From Sphyrna mokarran (taxonomy: Eukaryota), in the NCBI GenBank assembly GCA_024679065.1, contig JAGIQG010000020.1, positions 33,790,001-33,854,000 of the forward strand: 64,000 nt of DNA, in the 5' to 3' direction. The number at the start of each line of letters is the position of its first letter. The first letter of the stretch is position 1. The notes under the pieces were generated by a model that was not told where the DNA came from, did no database searches, and saw only the letters and a list, made by a program, of their open reading frames with translations. The position numbers and the translations under genes were made by a program. This document shows, one piece after another, positions 23,975 through 36,170 of the stretch.

Positions 23975-25445
23975 AAGTTAGTTCCAGGATATCGAGCCAG
24001 CAACTGTGAAGAAACAGCAGTAGACTTCCAAGTCTGTACAGAATGTGGTTTGGAGGGGAACTTGCAGGGATTGATGTTCCCAGTCATCAGTTGCCCTGGC
24101 CCTTCTAGGTGGTAGCACATAGTTTGAAAGGTACTGTCAAAGGGGGCTTCATGAGTTACTGCAGTGCATCTTGCAGATGATACACAATGATCCTATTGTG
24201 TACGTTGATGAAAAGAATGAATGTTTAAGGTGGATGGGGTGCCAATTAAGCAGGCTGCTTTGTCCTGGATGGTGTTGAGCTTCTTAAGTATTGTTGGAGC
24301 GACAGTCATCCAGCCAAGTGCTGTGTATTCTCTCACAGTCCCATCTAGCTGGACAATCTTTGAGGAATCAGAACTTGAGTTACTCTCTGCAGAGTAAGTT
24401 CTGCTGGGCTGATAGCTCACAGTGCCTTGGTGATCCCAGTTCTGAGTTGCTAGATCTGTCAAAATCCATTTAGCACAGTCCATAAAATAAGATAAAGGGT
24501 ATCTTCAGTGTGGAGATGGCATTTATCTCCACAAGGATTGTGCACTGCTAACTTCTACCAGTACTGCCAAGGAGAAATGCGCCTCTGCCAGTTAGTCTCT
24601 GTGGACAAGATCTTGTTGATTCACTCACATCTGCCACAGGCCCAGTGTAGCACTTACGTCCTTTAGGATTCAGCTAATTCAGTCACTAGTGGTGCTATTA
24701 AGCCACTCTTGATAACGGACGTTGAAGTCCACCAGTCAGAGCACACTTTGCTTCTCCCAATTGACATTCAACATGGACATTTACTGTGGGGAGTCAGGGC
24801 GGGAGCTGAGGCATGAATATAGGTAACAATCAGCAGGAGCTTTTCTTGCTCACGTTTGACTTGATACTGTGAAACTTCATGGCTTCCGGGGCCAATGTTG
24901 AAGACTCCCAAGGTAACTACTTCGTGACAATATGCCATTGTGCTGCCATCACTGCTGGTCAGCTCTGCTAGTGGGACAGGACATACACAGAGATAGCGAT
25001 GGTAGTGTCTAGGACATGATCTGTCAGGATGCTGACTGACTGGTTCGTGGACAGCTCTTCTGACGTAATCTTTTATGAGGAGGATTTTGCAGTGTTGGCA
25101 GGGCTAGGTTTGCCATTGTAATCTCCAATGCCTGCCAGGTAATTTATCTGGTTTCACTCCTTTTTTTAATGCTTCCATGAGGTTTGTTACAACCTAGTGG
25201 TGTACTAGTTTTTATCTGAGGGCATCAAAGAGTCACCTGCATTGCAGTGGGTCTGGAGTCATATGAAAACCAGCCCAGGCAAGGATGGCATATTTCCTTC
25301 ATGGTCAACATTAGTGAGACCAGCTTTTAGTTTCAGATTTATTAATCAGCTGCTGTGGTGGGATTTAAACCCATGTCCACAAAACATTTATCCGGGCCAC
25401 TGGAATATTGGTTCAGAGATCTGCAGAATGCCTCATCACTAGAAC
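23975..25445 (-). mobile_element. Internally deleted non-LTR (CR1-clade-like) element with a tRNA-like head
   Basis: ORF 24193..24483 has KKLNTIQDKAACLIG (RT C-terminus). Endonuclease-like DFNV..QEWL motif at about 24700-24730. 25200-25445 matches the SINE head family. Confidence 0.75.
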
Positions 25446-25867
25446 TTTCAAACAAGACATAGCTTGGCTGGCAGTGAGAAAAACACTCTCCATTAGATCA
25501 TTTTTATATGCCCTGAATTTTCTATAAGTTTGAAATCAAAACCTTTTGCAATGTACTTTTACACATTTTATGAATAAAGTATATTTTTAGATAAAAAGGT
25601 GCAAGATTTTGGCTGAAGAACAATTGCCTGTTTGCATTAGGGTAGGCCCAAGAGCTACAGAGTAAGTGAAATGCTTTGCAAAGCAGAAAACACAATTTAA
25701 AAAATGAAGGAAAATAGGGATGTTTAAAGAAAATTCTAAATTTCCCTATGCATGCTGGTGCAAACCTCACCACTTGATGGCACTGGTGCAGACAATTCAG
25801 CACACAGCAATACTTCACTATTCTTCGTTTATTACTCAGAGGAAACATAAAATGAGGCATATCTTAC

Positions 25868-25934
25868 CTTCTGCAAATAGACTTGTTGCCAGTCAATACC
25901 TTTAAAAAAAGGATGCTCTTTCACTTCTACAGCT
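25868..25934 (-). CDS. GRK3: GRK3 exon 16 (67 nt): AVEVKEHPFFKGIDWQQVYLQK
   Basis: tacag|A acceptor and AAG|gtaag donor. Seen inside ORF 25832..26083. Confidence 0.95.
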
Positions 25935-25959
25935 CTGTAGAGATAAAATAAATAATCAG

Positions 25960-27420
25960 GAACCCTGGCATTAGACAACAACATATCTTTAGACATAGTT
26001 GCACCAAGAAACAAGATATAATCAGTGACACTGAGTAACAATAAATTATTTTCTAATCTCTCCATGCAACTGAAATTACTCACACTGTACCATCCTAATG
26101 GCTCTCTTTTGGATTCTCTTCAAGGCCTTGACAAGTTTCCAAAAGTGTATGGTTCTGACTTGAGCACTATAATCCCACTGGAATCTAACAAATGACTTAT
26201 AAAGGTTTAGCATGATTTCCTTGCCTTCTCAACATGCCCTGATATCAGTGATACTAGCATTGAGCAACAATTGAAATTAGTAAAGCTACCACTGAGCAAC
26301 AAAAAATTATTAATTATGAGATCATTAATGCTGGCACTACCAGCGAAATATAATTATTGTTTCTTGCTGTTAAGTGCCAGGCTCAATCAGTAAATATGTG
26401 AGTAAGTAATACAAAATCATCAAGTCTGGCAGCGTGCAACAGAATATAATCATTCCATGCAGTTTAAAGTGTCAGAGCTAATTCGTAATCCTGGAAGAGG
26501 AAACAAGATATAATCTTTAACAATGACACAAATCAACAGCAACTTTTATATTAAGCAAATATACATAGACCTGCCACTGAGCAACAAGATATCACTATTA
26601 CCACTGGCACACAGCATCAACATATCATCACTAACATTGCTACTGAACATTAAGGTATCATCGCTGACATTGGTACTGGTGCTCAGTGAATGGATGTCAT
26701 TGCTAAACTGTTACTGAGCAACAAGATATCTTCTAATACTGGCTCTGAGCAACAAGTTATCATCACTAACACTGGCACTAAACAACAAGATAGTATCACT
26801 AATCCTGGCATTCAGTAAGAAGTTATCACTAACCATAGCAGGGAGCATCAAATGATCATCATGAACACTGGCGCTGAGCTGAGAGATATTATCACTAATA
26901 TTGGCACCAGATAATGAGGTATCATCACCACTAACCTTGGCAGTGAGCAATAAGATATTATCATGAATACTGGCATTGCGCAATGAAACATCACTGCCAA
27001 TTCTGGCATCAAGCAATAAAATATCACTAACCCTGGCATTTAGCAACATATTATCATCACAAACTTTGGCACTGAGTAATAACACATCATCACTAATCCG
27101 GGCACTAAGCAATATGATACCATCTCTAATACTGGTACTGAGTAATAAGATACCATCGCTAATAATGGCACTGATAAGGTATCATTGCTAATACTAGCAG
27201 TGCGCAATAAGATATCACTAATATTAGCACTGCGCAATAAGATATCATTGCTAATGCTAGCACTGAGCAATGAGATTGCTAATGCTAGCACTGAGTAATA
27301 AGATATCATTGCTAATGCTAGCACTGAGCAATAAGATATCATCACTAACACTGGCACCACACAATAAGGCATTAACACTAATACTGGCACTGAATAATAA
27401 GGCATCATGCATATAATAAT
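25960..27420. repeat. 33-bp minisatellite (consensus about GCACTGAGCAATAAGATATCATCACTAATACTG) in intron 15
   Basis: About 25 clear units in 26565-27410, plus decayed units down to about 25960. Periodic peptides in the overlapping ORFs. Confidence 0.92.
26080..26235 (-). mobile_element. Short CR1-like fragment interrupting the minisatellite
   Basis: ggattctcttcaaggccttgacaagtttcc...ttataaaggtttagcatgatttccttg resembles inverted CR1 ORF2 sequence. Confidence 0.55.
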
Positions 27421-28255
27421 GGCATGTAGCATGAAGCCATATAGACTATATTTTGTTTAGAACCATGGAATCAGCTTTGTCATATTACATAATGAGGACA
27501 TACATTCCAGTATTAGCTCACGCATCTTGAATCATTAGTGTCATAAAAGTGAATTACTGGGCAAGAATTTCTGGAGACTGGCAAACAGTCAGATTAATGC
27601 TACTTTTTACAAAGCTTAGTTTGGAGCTGCACCTTTCTCATCTGGATCTCCATGTTGGGTCGGGTAAGAAATATGCAGCATACCTGGTTCCCAGCCCTTT
27701 CTTTACAGGCTAATAGTATTGGAGAAAATGAAGCCTTTTTATTGCACTAGCTACTATAAATCTGGTTAGTTTAAAGATGCGAGCCATTTCGAGAAGCTAT
27801 GGAGAAGGTAAGTGTGTAAGGTAAGAAGGTGAGGGGTTAGTGTGAGGGGGGAGGGGGAAGGGGGAGTGCCTTCAGGTCAAGAGGCCAAGAGACGAGGAGT
27901 TGGGGCTGGTGTGTTGGGTGACAATGGGGAAGGAAGTTGGCTGGTCAGAGGGAAGGGGTGTAGTCATGGCGGTTCGGAGGACTATCAGGAGGGCAGTTGG
28001 GAGAATTTGAGGGCAGGGTGAGGGAGAGTGGGAAGAGGCGCTTTGGGCAATAGTATGCAGGGTAGATGGGGATGAGGGAAACTTACAGAGATACCCCCAG
28101 CACATTTTCTGGAGATCAAAGTTCAGGGCTATTTTCATTGTCAACTGTCATTTATCTTATTGTATTCAACACAAGAGAAGCCATATCACAATACGTAATG
28201 ATGCAGATCTTTAACCTGCTCCACAGCACAAGAAAGACATAAATCTGTTGCCTAC

Positions 28256-28356
28256 CCTCGTCCTAGGCACCCCAGCCGCTTGGCAACATCTCGCTGTAGA
28301 AGGCCTTCCAAAAGGGACTTCAACTCCACAGAGAAAGAATCTGGTAATTCCACATT
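28256..28356 (-). CDS. GRK3: GRK3 exon 15 (101 nt): [33 protein letters not shown](G)
   Basis: ctcag|AAT acceptor and GG|gtagg donor. Phase consistent. Confidence 0.95.
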
Positions 28357-28510
28357 CTGAGGGAGGAAATTGAAAAATTAAACACTGTTGAAGCCCAGGA
28401 CTCTTGTCTATGTGGAATAGAGGTTCACTGCATTCCTCTCAACAGTTCCAATAATGTTGGAAATTCCTGACATTAAACAACATTGCTGAGCAAAATCAAC
28501 AAAACTAAAG

Positions 28511-29830
28511 AAGAACTTACATTTGTGAGTTGCCTTTAACATTCTCAAAGCATCTCAAAGTTCTTCAAAGCCAATGAATTCATTTTGCAGTGTACTCACT
28601 TTGTAATGCAGGTAAATGAGAGGGATATAAACAGGTTAGGTGAGTGGATAAAAACTTGGTAGGTGGAATATAGTGTAGGAAAATGTGAAGTCATGCACTT
28701 TGGTAGTAAGAATAAAGGAGTTGAATATTATTGAAATGGTGAAAACTAGGGATTTGGGAGTCCTTGAGCATAAATCACAAAAAGCTAGCTTGCAAGTTCA
28801 GCAGGTAATTGGGAAGGGAAATGGAAGGTTGGCTTTTATTTCAAAGGGAATGCAGGAAAAAATATGGAAACACTAGTTAGACCACACCTGGAATATTGTG
28901 AACAGTTTTGCTTCCCCTTCCTAAAAAAAGGATATACAGATAGTCCAATGAAATATCACTAGGTTGATCCTGGATATAGAAAGATTTTCTTATAGGACAT
29001 GTTAAATAGGTTGGGTCTGTGCTCATTGGAGTTTAGAAGAATAAGGGGTGACCTTATTGAGCTATATAGGACGGTATCTGATCTTGTCCATTCTTGCCCA
29101 GATACCAGCAAAAATGGAGAATTTGGTGCCCAGTCAAAAATCCATTCAATGCAGCTGCAGTAGACAATACCAGCCATGGAGGAGTCAGAGGTTTTTGGCA
29201 ACAGGATTCTGAGGGGCCTGACAGGGTAGATGCTGAGAAACTATTTTCTCTGTGGGAGAGTCTAGGAGTAAGAGTTCACCTATTTATAAGAAACGAAGAG
29301 GAATTTCTTCTCTTAGAGGGTAACGAATTGGGGAATTCGATACTGCAGAGGGCTGTAGAGGCTGGGTCATTAAATAAGCTCAAGGCTGAAATAAACCTTT
29401 TTAGTCAGTAAGGAAATGAAGGGTTATGGGGATAAAGTGGAGGTCATAATCTTACTGAATGTGGACACTCGATGGCCAAATTATCTACTTCTGCTCCTAT
29501 GTTTGATGGTCAAATGCAGCAAATTTGCAAAAAGCAAGACCCCACAAACAATAATGACAAAAACTGCTTCAATAGAGTTGGTCAAGGGATAAAAGTTGAC
29601 CAAGAAATCAAGAAAACTCTCATGCTCTTCTCTGAAGATGTCATAAGAGTTTCATGTCCACCTAAAAAGATAGACTTAATTTAACCTTGTCTGAAGGACG
29701 TAATTGCTAATGATGCAGCATCACTTTAGGATTGCAGTCAAGTGTCAGCTTAGATTGTACATTCAAGTCTCTGGAGTGGGACCTGAATCCATAACATTTT
29801 GACTCAAAAGCAAGAAGACTACCAAATACA
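28511..29830 (-). mobile_element. SacSINE-like element split by a CR1 insertion
   Basis: SINE tail at 28511-28618, body and head at 29512-29830. Confidence 0.72.
28619..29511 (+). mobile_element. CR1 LINE 3' fragment flanked by AAATG direct repeats
   Basis: gaaaatgtgaagtcatgcactttgg and accacacctggaatattgtgaacagttttg RT-region sequence. Tail ctacttctgctcctatg. AAATG at 28614-28618 and 29512-29516. Confidence 0.85.
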
Positions 29831-30728
29831 AGAAAACAGGCTGTATATTAATTAATTTGCTAATTACACTGTAAACCAGATTGTACTGCTCAATAACCCA
29901 GTCTCTGAAAACTTCTCATGCAACTTACACTTCATGCGTACGAGAGTCACGATTTAACTCATTCAATATGAATATGTGGAAAGTGCCTTTTACTTGGTTA
30001 GTGCTATAAAATACTTTGAATCCCCTTCTAAATAAGACAGCAAACATACATTGCTGTGCATTTAGGCTCTGGTTTATTTTGCCATGTCCTCCCATCTGCT
30101 CCATCACTCCCTCTCCCCATTCTCTCCAACTGTTGGCTCAACCCCAAGGCCCACGAAAACCCATTATTCCATTATCAAGCTTGACAGACAAATGAGCTTT
30201 TCCCAGATTATCACTGAGGTCACACTATTCCTATGCATCACAAAATTTGAGAATGTTGACTGATTTCCTGGCACAACATTTTATCTCCTTCCGTATCTCA
30301 TCTTCATTTAGATCTTTCCAGATGGTTTGGCAGAGATCAAGAGATTCCCATTCAAAGTTCATATAATACAAATATCCATATTCTAACATATTGTGCCGCT
30401 GGTCTTTATACAACTTGGAAGAAAAACTAACATCCTTCTTTTACCATATTGGAACCCAAAGCTTTACTCTCAGTATCAGTACTTATATACTATATTATTA
30501 CTGGGGTAATATGAACTGTGTTCACTTCTAGATTTGTCTTTGATAATGAATGATTTCTCTCTAATAGGGTGCTATTGGTAGTATTCCTTCATTAGCTGAT
30601 CAGAAGAAATTGTTTAAACAACAGCAACTTCAGTTAATACAGCATATCTAACATGATAAAACATCCTTCAGTGTTTAACCAGTGGCAGTACCAATAAAAA
30701 TACTGAACTACAAGGATATACAAGGAAG

Positions 30729-31080
30729 GATAGCAAGATGGCACAACGGCTGACATTGCTGACTCACAGCTCCAAGGGCACAAGTTCAATTCCAGCCTTG
30801 GGTGACTGTGTGGAGCTTGCACATTCTCCCTGTATCTGTGTGGGTTTCCTCCAGGTTCTCAGATTTCATAGTCCAAAGATGTGCAGTTTTTTTGGATTGG
30901 CCATGTTAAATTGCCCCTTAGATTACCCCAAGATATGTAAGTTAGAAGGATTAGTGGGGTAAATGCATGGAGTCACATGGATAGGACAGGGGGTGGGCTT
31001 GGATGGGATACTCTTTCAAAGAGTCAGTGCAGACCTGATGGATCAAATGGTCTCCTTCTGCACTGTAGATTCTATGGTTT
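30729..31080 (+). mobile_element. HE1/V-SINE-like tRNA-derived SINE
   Basis: tRNA-like head, V-domain-like core gtgtggagcttgcacattctccc...gtgggtttcctcc, and CR1-type tail ctccttctgcactgtagattctatg. Confidence 0.85.
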
Positions 31081-31099
31081 TAGGGATAGATGAACAGAT

Positions 31100-32270
31100 A
31101 CTTAATCACAGAAGTTAGTTTTAAGAAAGTGTCTTTGAAGAAGAAGAAGGTAGAAAGGCAGGCAATTAGGAGAAGAAATATAGTGCTTAGGACCAAAGAA
31201 GCTGAAAACACAGGTGCCAATGCTAGAATGATTAAAATTAAGGACGCGCAAGAGGCTAGAATTTGAAGAGCAGAGATCCTAAAGACTTATAAGGTTGAAG
31301 GAGATTTCAGATATAGGGAGAGGTTAAGCAATGGAGGGTTTTGAAAACAAGGATGAAGATTTTAAAATTGAGGCATGTTGAACCAGGAGCCATGCTAAAC
31401 AAACAGAGAGATGAGGGAATAAACTTAAGCTTATAGAACATAGAATGTGGGAAACCAACCAGGAGTCTTTCTGAATAATTAATTCTAGAGATGACAAAGA
31501 CATGGATGAGGATTTCTGTGGCAGGTACGCTGAGGCAGGATCAGAGTCAAGTGATGTTACAAAGGTGGAAACAAACAATCTTGGTAATAATTTGGATTTG
31601 TAGCCAAAAACTCATTTTGTGGTCAAATATAACACCAGATTGTGAATGGTTTTACTCCGCTTAATTCCACTGGACGTAAGTAAGTGTCAGGGAAGGATTT
31701 TGTGGGAAGAGAGGGATCCTTCTCAGTATTTTATTGGAGGAGAGTTTTGGTCATCCAATATTGGATGTCAGACAAGCAGTAAGCAAATCAGAGATAGTGG
31801 AGGGGTTAAAAGAGATGAAACAGAGCTGAGCATCATCAACACACACGTGGGACCTGATATATGAAACAGATGAGAAATAGATCTCTGAGGGACTCAAGAC
31901 ATAACAATGCAGGAGTGGGTAAAAAAATCATTACAGATTAGATCGATAAGAATGGAATTGAGCAAACATAGTTTCACCTGACTGGGGACGTAGAGCAGGC
32001 ATTGCAGGACTATAATGTGGTCACCTTACTCAAAAACTTAAACAGGTTAACAAAAATGAGAAATGATAACTAGTCACAATTACAAAGAATATTCTTAGTG
32101 ATTTTGGCAATGGCTGTTCCAATACCATGGCCAGACAGGAAGCTTGACTGGCAGGTTTCAAACAACTTTGGAGAAGAAAGGGAGATTATAAAATAAATGG
32201 TAGTTTGCTGGAACACAGTCATCAAGGGTAGATTTTATTGAGTTGGGATAATGACAGCAGATTTGGGGAA
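31100..32270 (-). mobile_element. Degraded L2-type LINE fragment
   Basis: Minus-strand HVCVDDAQL near 31820-31850 resembles the L2 YADDTQL motif. Heavily decayed. Confidence 0.6.
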
Positions 32271-32794
32271 GGGGAAGAATAGGAAGTGAACAAAAATTGC
32301 AAAACGTCTAACATCTGTGAAGAGAGAATAAAGCCAATATTTTGAGTTTGGATGATCCTTCAAAAGGTCAGGCTGGAGAACCAGAAAGAGGGTTTGGAGC
32401 TAGAGCTGGTCCCCTTCAAGGCTATGTCTGGGTGTTTAGGTTATTACTCTGAAATGAGAAGGATTTTTTTTCCCTTTTAAGTTTTTCAGAGTAATGCTCA
32501 GAATAAAACTGATAGAACCACCTGACATTAGTAATCTAAATCACTTCTTTGGATGGTTCTGAGCCCAGTGCAATTGTTAAGAGAAAGTTAGCATTTTTGG
32601 GCAATTACTGGGTAAACTCTTACATGCAAACCTCTTGGAGGGATTCCCCAGCATATCATTGGAGTACTCCCCAAATCCAACACTAGGGAATCTGAAAGTT
32701 ATGGACCTTAATGCTCCAGCAGCTTTTTGCCAGAATTCTGAAGCAACATGACAGATTCACTGTCTCATTTATGAATTGTGATCTGTTTTCTTAC

Positions 32795-32861
32795 CATTGT
32801 GAGCGTCATGCGGTCAATCTCATGTTTATCCTTTGTTTTGTGCTGTCGGAATGGGCTGTGC
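32795..32861 (-). CDS. GRK3: GRK3 exon 14 (67 nt): [22 protein letters not shown]
   Basis: cattag|G acceptor and ATG|gtaag donor. Phase consistent with neighbours. Confidence 0.95.
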
Positions 32862-35198
32862 CTAATGAAAGAAAAAATAAAGTTTGTTAATTGTGACCGA
32901 GCAGACTGAGCGCAGCATTATTGTTCATTGACTAGATGGCCAATGATGATGGCAAAGGGTGAGCAGGGAAATGTTGATGAAAAAGGAGAAAGAAAGGAAA
33001 AGACAAGGCTAAACTTAATAACTCAAATGATCATACCAGAAATTTGTGTTAGGAGATTGGATATCAAGTCAGAAAGACTAGCATCCTGTGAAATGCCAAG
33101 CATCACTTGGAGAATGACAAGAGGACAACTGTTTAATTGCACATTTTTTTTGATACTTTTGTTTTCATAAAAGACAAATCTGTTATTTTGCATTAGTTTT
33201 TTTGCTTTTCCATTTCAAATTGCGTCCCTGACAAACTGCCTGTGTCCTCTTTGCTTTATTACTACAATGTAGGTATAGGCATTGTGCAGCAATTGCCAAT
33301 ATATCTGTGGCATAGTCAAGTTTTAATTTTGATTTTGTGGCACCAGAGTATTCAATTGCAAAACAGAAGTTCCATGGTACACTAGCCTCCAGTTGGCACT
33401 AAACATGGCCTGTGGTACACAATAATGATTAAAGTTAAACTGTGAACCATGCCAACATGGGTACCTGATGGCTCAATTGTTTCTGCCTAATTATTTAGAG
33501 TACTGCCTAATTATGGTACTCAATACCCAAGCTCATGCACGAAGAAATCAGTTGGGTGAGATACCAAAGGATATTTAAAACTCCCGGCACTATTTCCTAA
33601 CAATTTCAGAAGAGAAAGGGAGAAAATTAATTCGACAATAATGCAGCCTCTTCTTTCAGTGCCAGGTCTATCTTTATAAGCTCAAATTTGCTTCCCATCT
33701 CTCCTGAATACATATTTTTGCTGAATTGCTGTATGGGCAAAAATGGACTTTTCAGTACCTTGCTTTAAGTATGAGCTAAAACAGTGACCATTGAAAGAGT
33801 ATTCAGTTGCAGGGTTGTGGCATTTCAGCAAAGCCACTGCTTTTCTCACCTAACAACCGCATATGTGTTTTTTCCAGAAAGGATCAATAAACAATGATTG
33901 CGAACAGGAACCCAGCTAATTTTACCCTTCTTTGCCTTAACTGCTGAAGTAACCAAATTGTTGTGCCCCTTCTATTGCCACAGCTGAAACAAGCTACAGT
34001 TGCTGAAGTCTGAGGATTAAATATGAAATCTTTTAGTTTACTTTGTATGTTAAGACTGAATATACCCTTTACTCAATAAGCCCTCAGAGGAGCGAGCAAA
34101 GACTTTTCTTTATAACATCTGTGAATATACTTTAATAAAGTGGAATTTAATTTGTCTTCATTCACAGTATTTCCCAAACAAACTGAATGTACTGCAGCTG
34201 GGTTTGATCTATGAATAGGCTTGTTGCTCCTTTTATTCTAAAAAATATTTTCTTTGCTAACATACTGTGTTGGCATATAACTCAGAACATTGACTGGGGT
34301 TGAGATTCTTTTATAAACAAGATGTAATTTGTCTTTTGAGCCAGTAGGTAGCAATCCTATTGCACAAGACTCCAATTGAGGGCACATCCCAACCACAAGG
34401 TTCAGTAGCTGATGAGCTGCTTAATTTATTTTCCTGCTGCTCTGCTGACCAAGGACTCTTTTATTTATTTCCTCTCTCCTCTGATCTCTCTGACTTTTAC
34501 TCCATGACACTTCAAGGCCTCGTTCGCATCAATCAAACTGAAGCATCCCGCAGCAGGTCACTGCTGCTGTCACTGCCATCTCTTTTCCTTTATTGGTTCA
34601 TTCTGCACAACTCTTCAAAGGGCAACATCAAACAGAGTGTTTTGCTTCTGCACCACAGAGTTCTACTTTCCATAGCGCATTTAAAAACAGAATCATGCCT
34701 CATTGGCAGGCTTTATCTTTGAAGAGATTGGAGAAGAATTATTAAAGCTGTCTCAGAAGGTGACATGCTTGCCTGAGAAACTTCATTTTCATTAGCCCTA
34801 CTTTACTTTGCTCATCTTTTTCTATAAAAATGAACTCATAGTGTCTTAAATTTATTTGAATTACTTGAAAAACAGTATTATTCTATTTCACTATAGTTGT
34901 GAAATAAGATATGTTGGAGGTAGAGTGATATTAGCATCTTACCAACACCCCAAATTTAGTTTCATACTTCTCAGCATTGTGTCTCAGGCTGAGATGTGGA
35001 AAGTGCTACCCGGGTTTTGATTCAGTCATGAAGATCCAGATAGCCAAGTTCTGTTTCCCTTTTTAGTTCTTGCTTTTTGGCTTGCTGTTTGAATTTGGTG
35101 AGTCTTTAGGTAGTGTTCCTGCCTCATTGGTCAGTATATACCATCATATTATGATGGAACTTGAATATATGTAGACTAATAGGAACGTGACTTTAAAT

Positions 35199-35315
35199 GG
35201 GTGGAATTTTCCAGCAGCAAGGTTTTCCACTCCTGTCAAAGTCACTGGACTTTTGAATGGGCTTGCTGTGCTGTTAAGTCCCACTCCTCTGTGACAGAGC
35301 TGTAAAATTCAACCC
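35199..35315. mobile_element. 117-bp MITE (PIF/Harbinger-like) with AAT target duplication
   Basis: TIRs gggtggaatttt / aaaattcaaccc. AAT at 35196-35198 and 35316-35318. Confidence 0.75.
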
Positions 35316-35829
35316 AATGTTATATGACACATCTCCATAGTATGCGTCTTATATGGTTTATAAAGCCAAGTGCTTTGCTATTGTTGATTGAATGTATGGG
35401 CTAAAAGGTTACAAAATGAAAATCCAACGAGTGGAAGTGAGTCACTGGATCTATGCAAATAAACACAGTTTATAGTGTTTTGGCAGCGTAAGAAAACGAT
35501 GCCTAACAAAAATATTCTTCCTTGCACATCCTTAGAGTATCTATATCTCTCATTAATAATGGTTGCATCTGGCAATGTGCTTGAAGTGCATACAATTTTC
35601 CATGTACCAAAGTTGTAAATCCATTTATAAAGAATGTGTTTACAATTAGACACAGAAGCAAATCTTCCTCTATATTTCAGATGTCTTCATCTTGCATCTG
35701 ATTAGTCCCAATATAATTATAGTCACAAAGCAATGATGATAAAGGAGGACATGAGGTGTATTTATCCGGAATACAGTTTGCAGTTAAATGATTTCAAGTT
35801 AAAGTATTCAGTTATAGTTAAATGATTTC

Positions 35830-36170
35830 ACTACCTGACTTTAAAGTCAATTTCACGCACTGATCACTCTGTGTGAAGAATATCTTCCAGGCATCAGTCC
35901 TAAATTAATATTTTATTCTATTTTGAATCTATTTGCCCTAGAGAGACAACGTCATTGGAAGCAATTTTCCCAATATATTTTCTCTACATCAATTATCATT
36001 TCACACTGCCACAGATTGTTTAGATACTGCTTTCAAGTCTGAAAAGCCCTAGGTTTCTTTAGTCTTTCCACATAACTCAGACCTTTGGTATTAGGGTCCT
36101 GTGCTCTTTATTGCACTGGCTCCAATGTTTGATTACCTCTGTTGTATCTCAGTGACAAAAACTAGACATT
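35830..36170 (-). mobile_element. CR1 fragment hosting the following MITE
   Basis: cactctgtgtgaagaatatcttcc...ccctaggtttctttagtctttccacataact, inverted CR1 3' region. Confidence 0.6.

Noticed and set aside
25960-27420. CRISPR-like array
   Set aside because: Units abut directly with no unique spacers and diverge along their whole length. There are no cas genes and the context is a vertebrate intron. It is a minisatellite.
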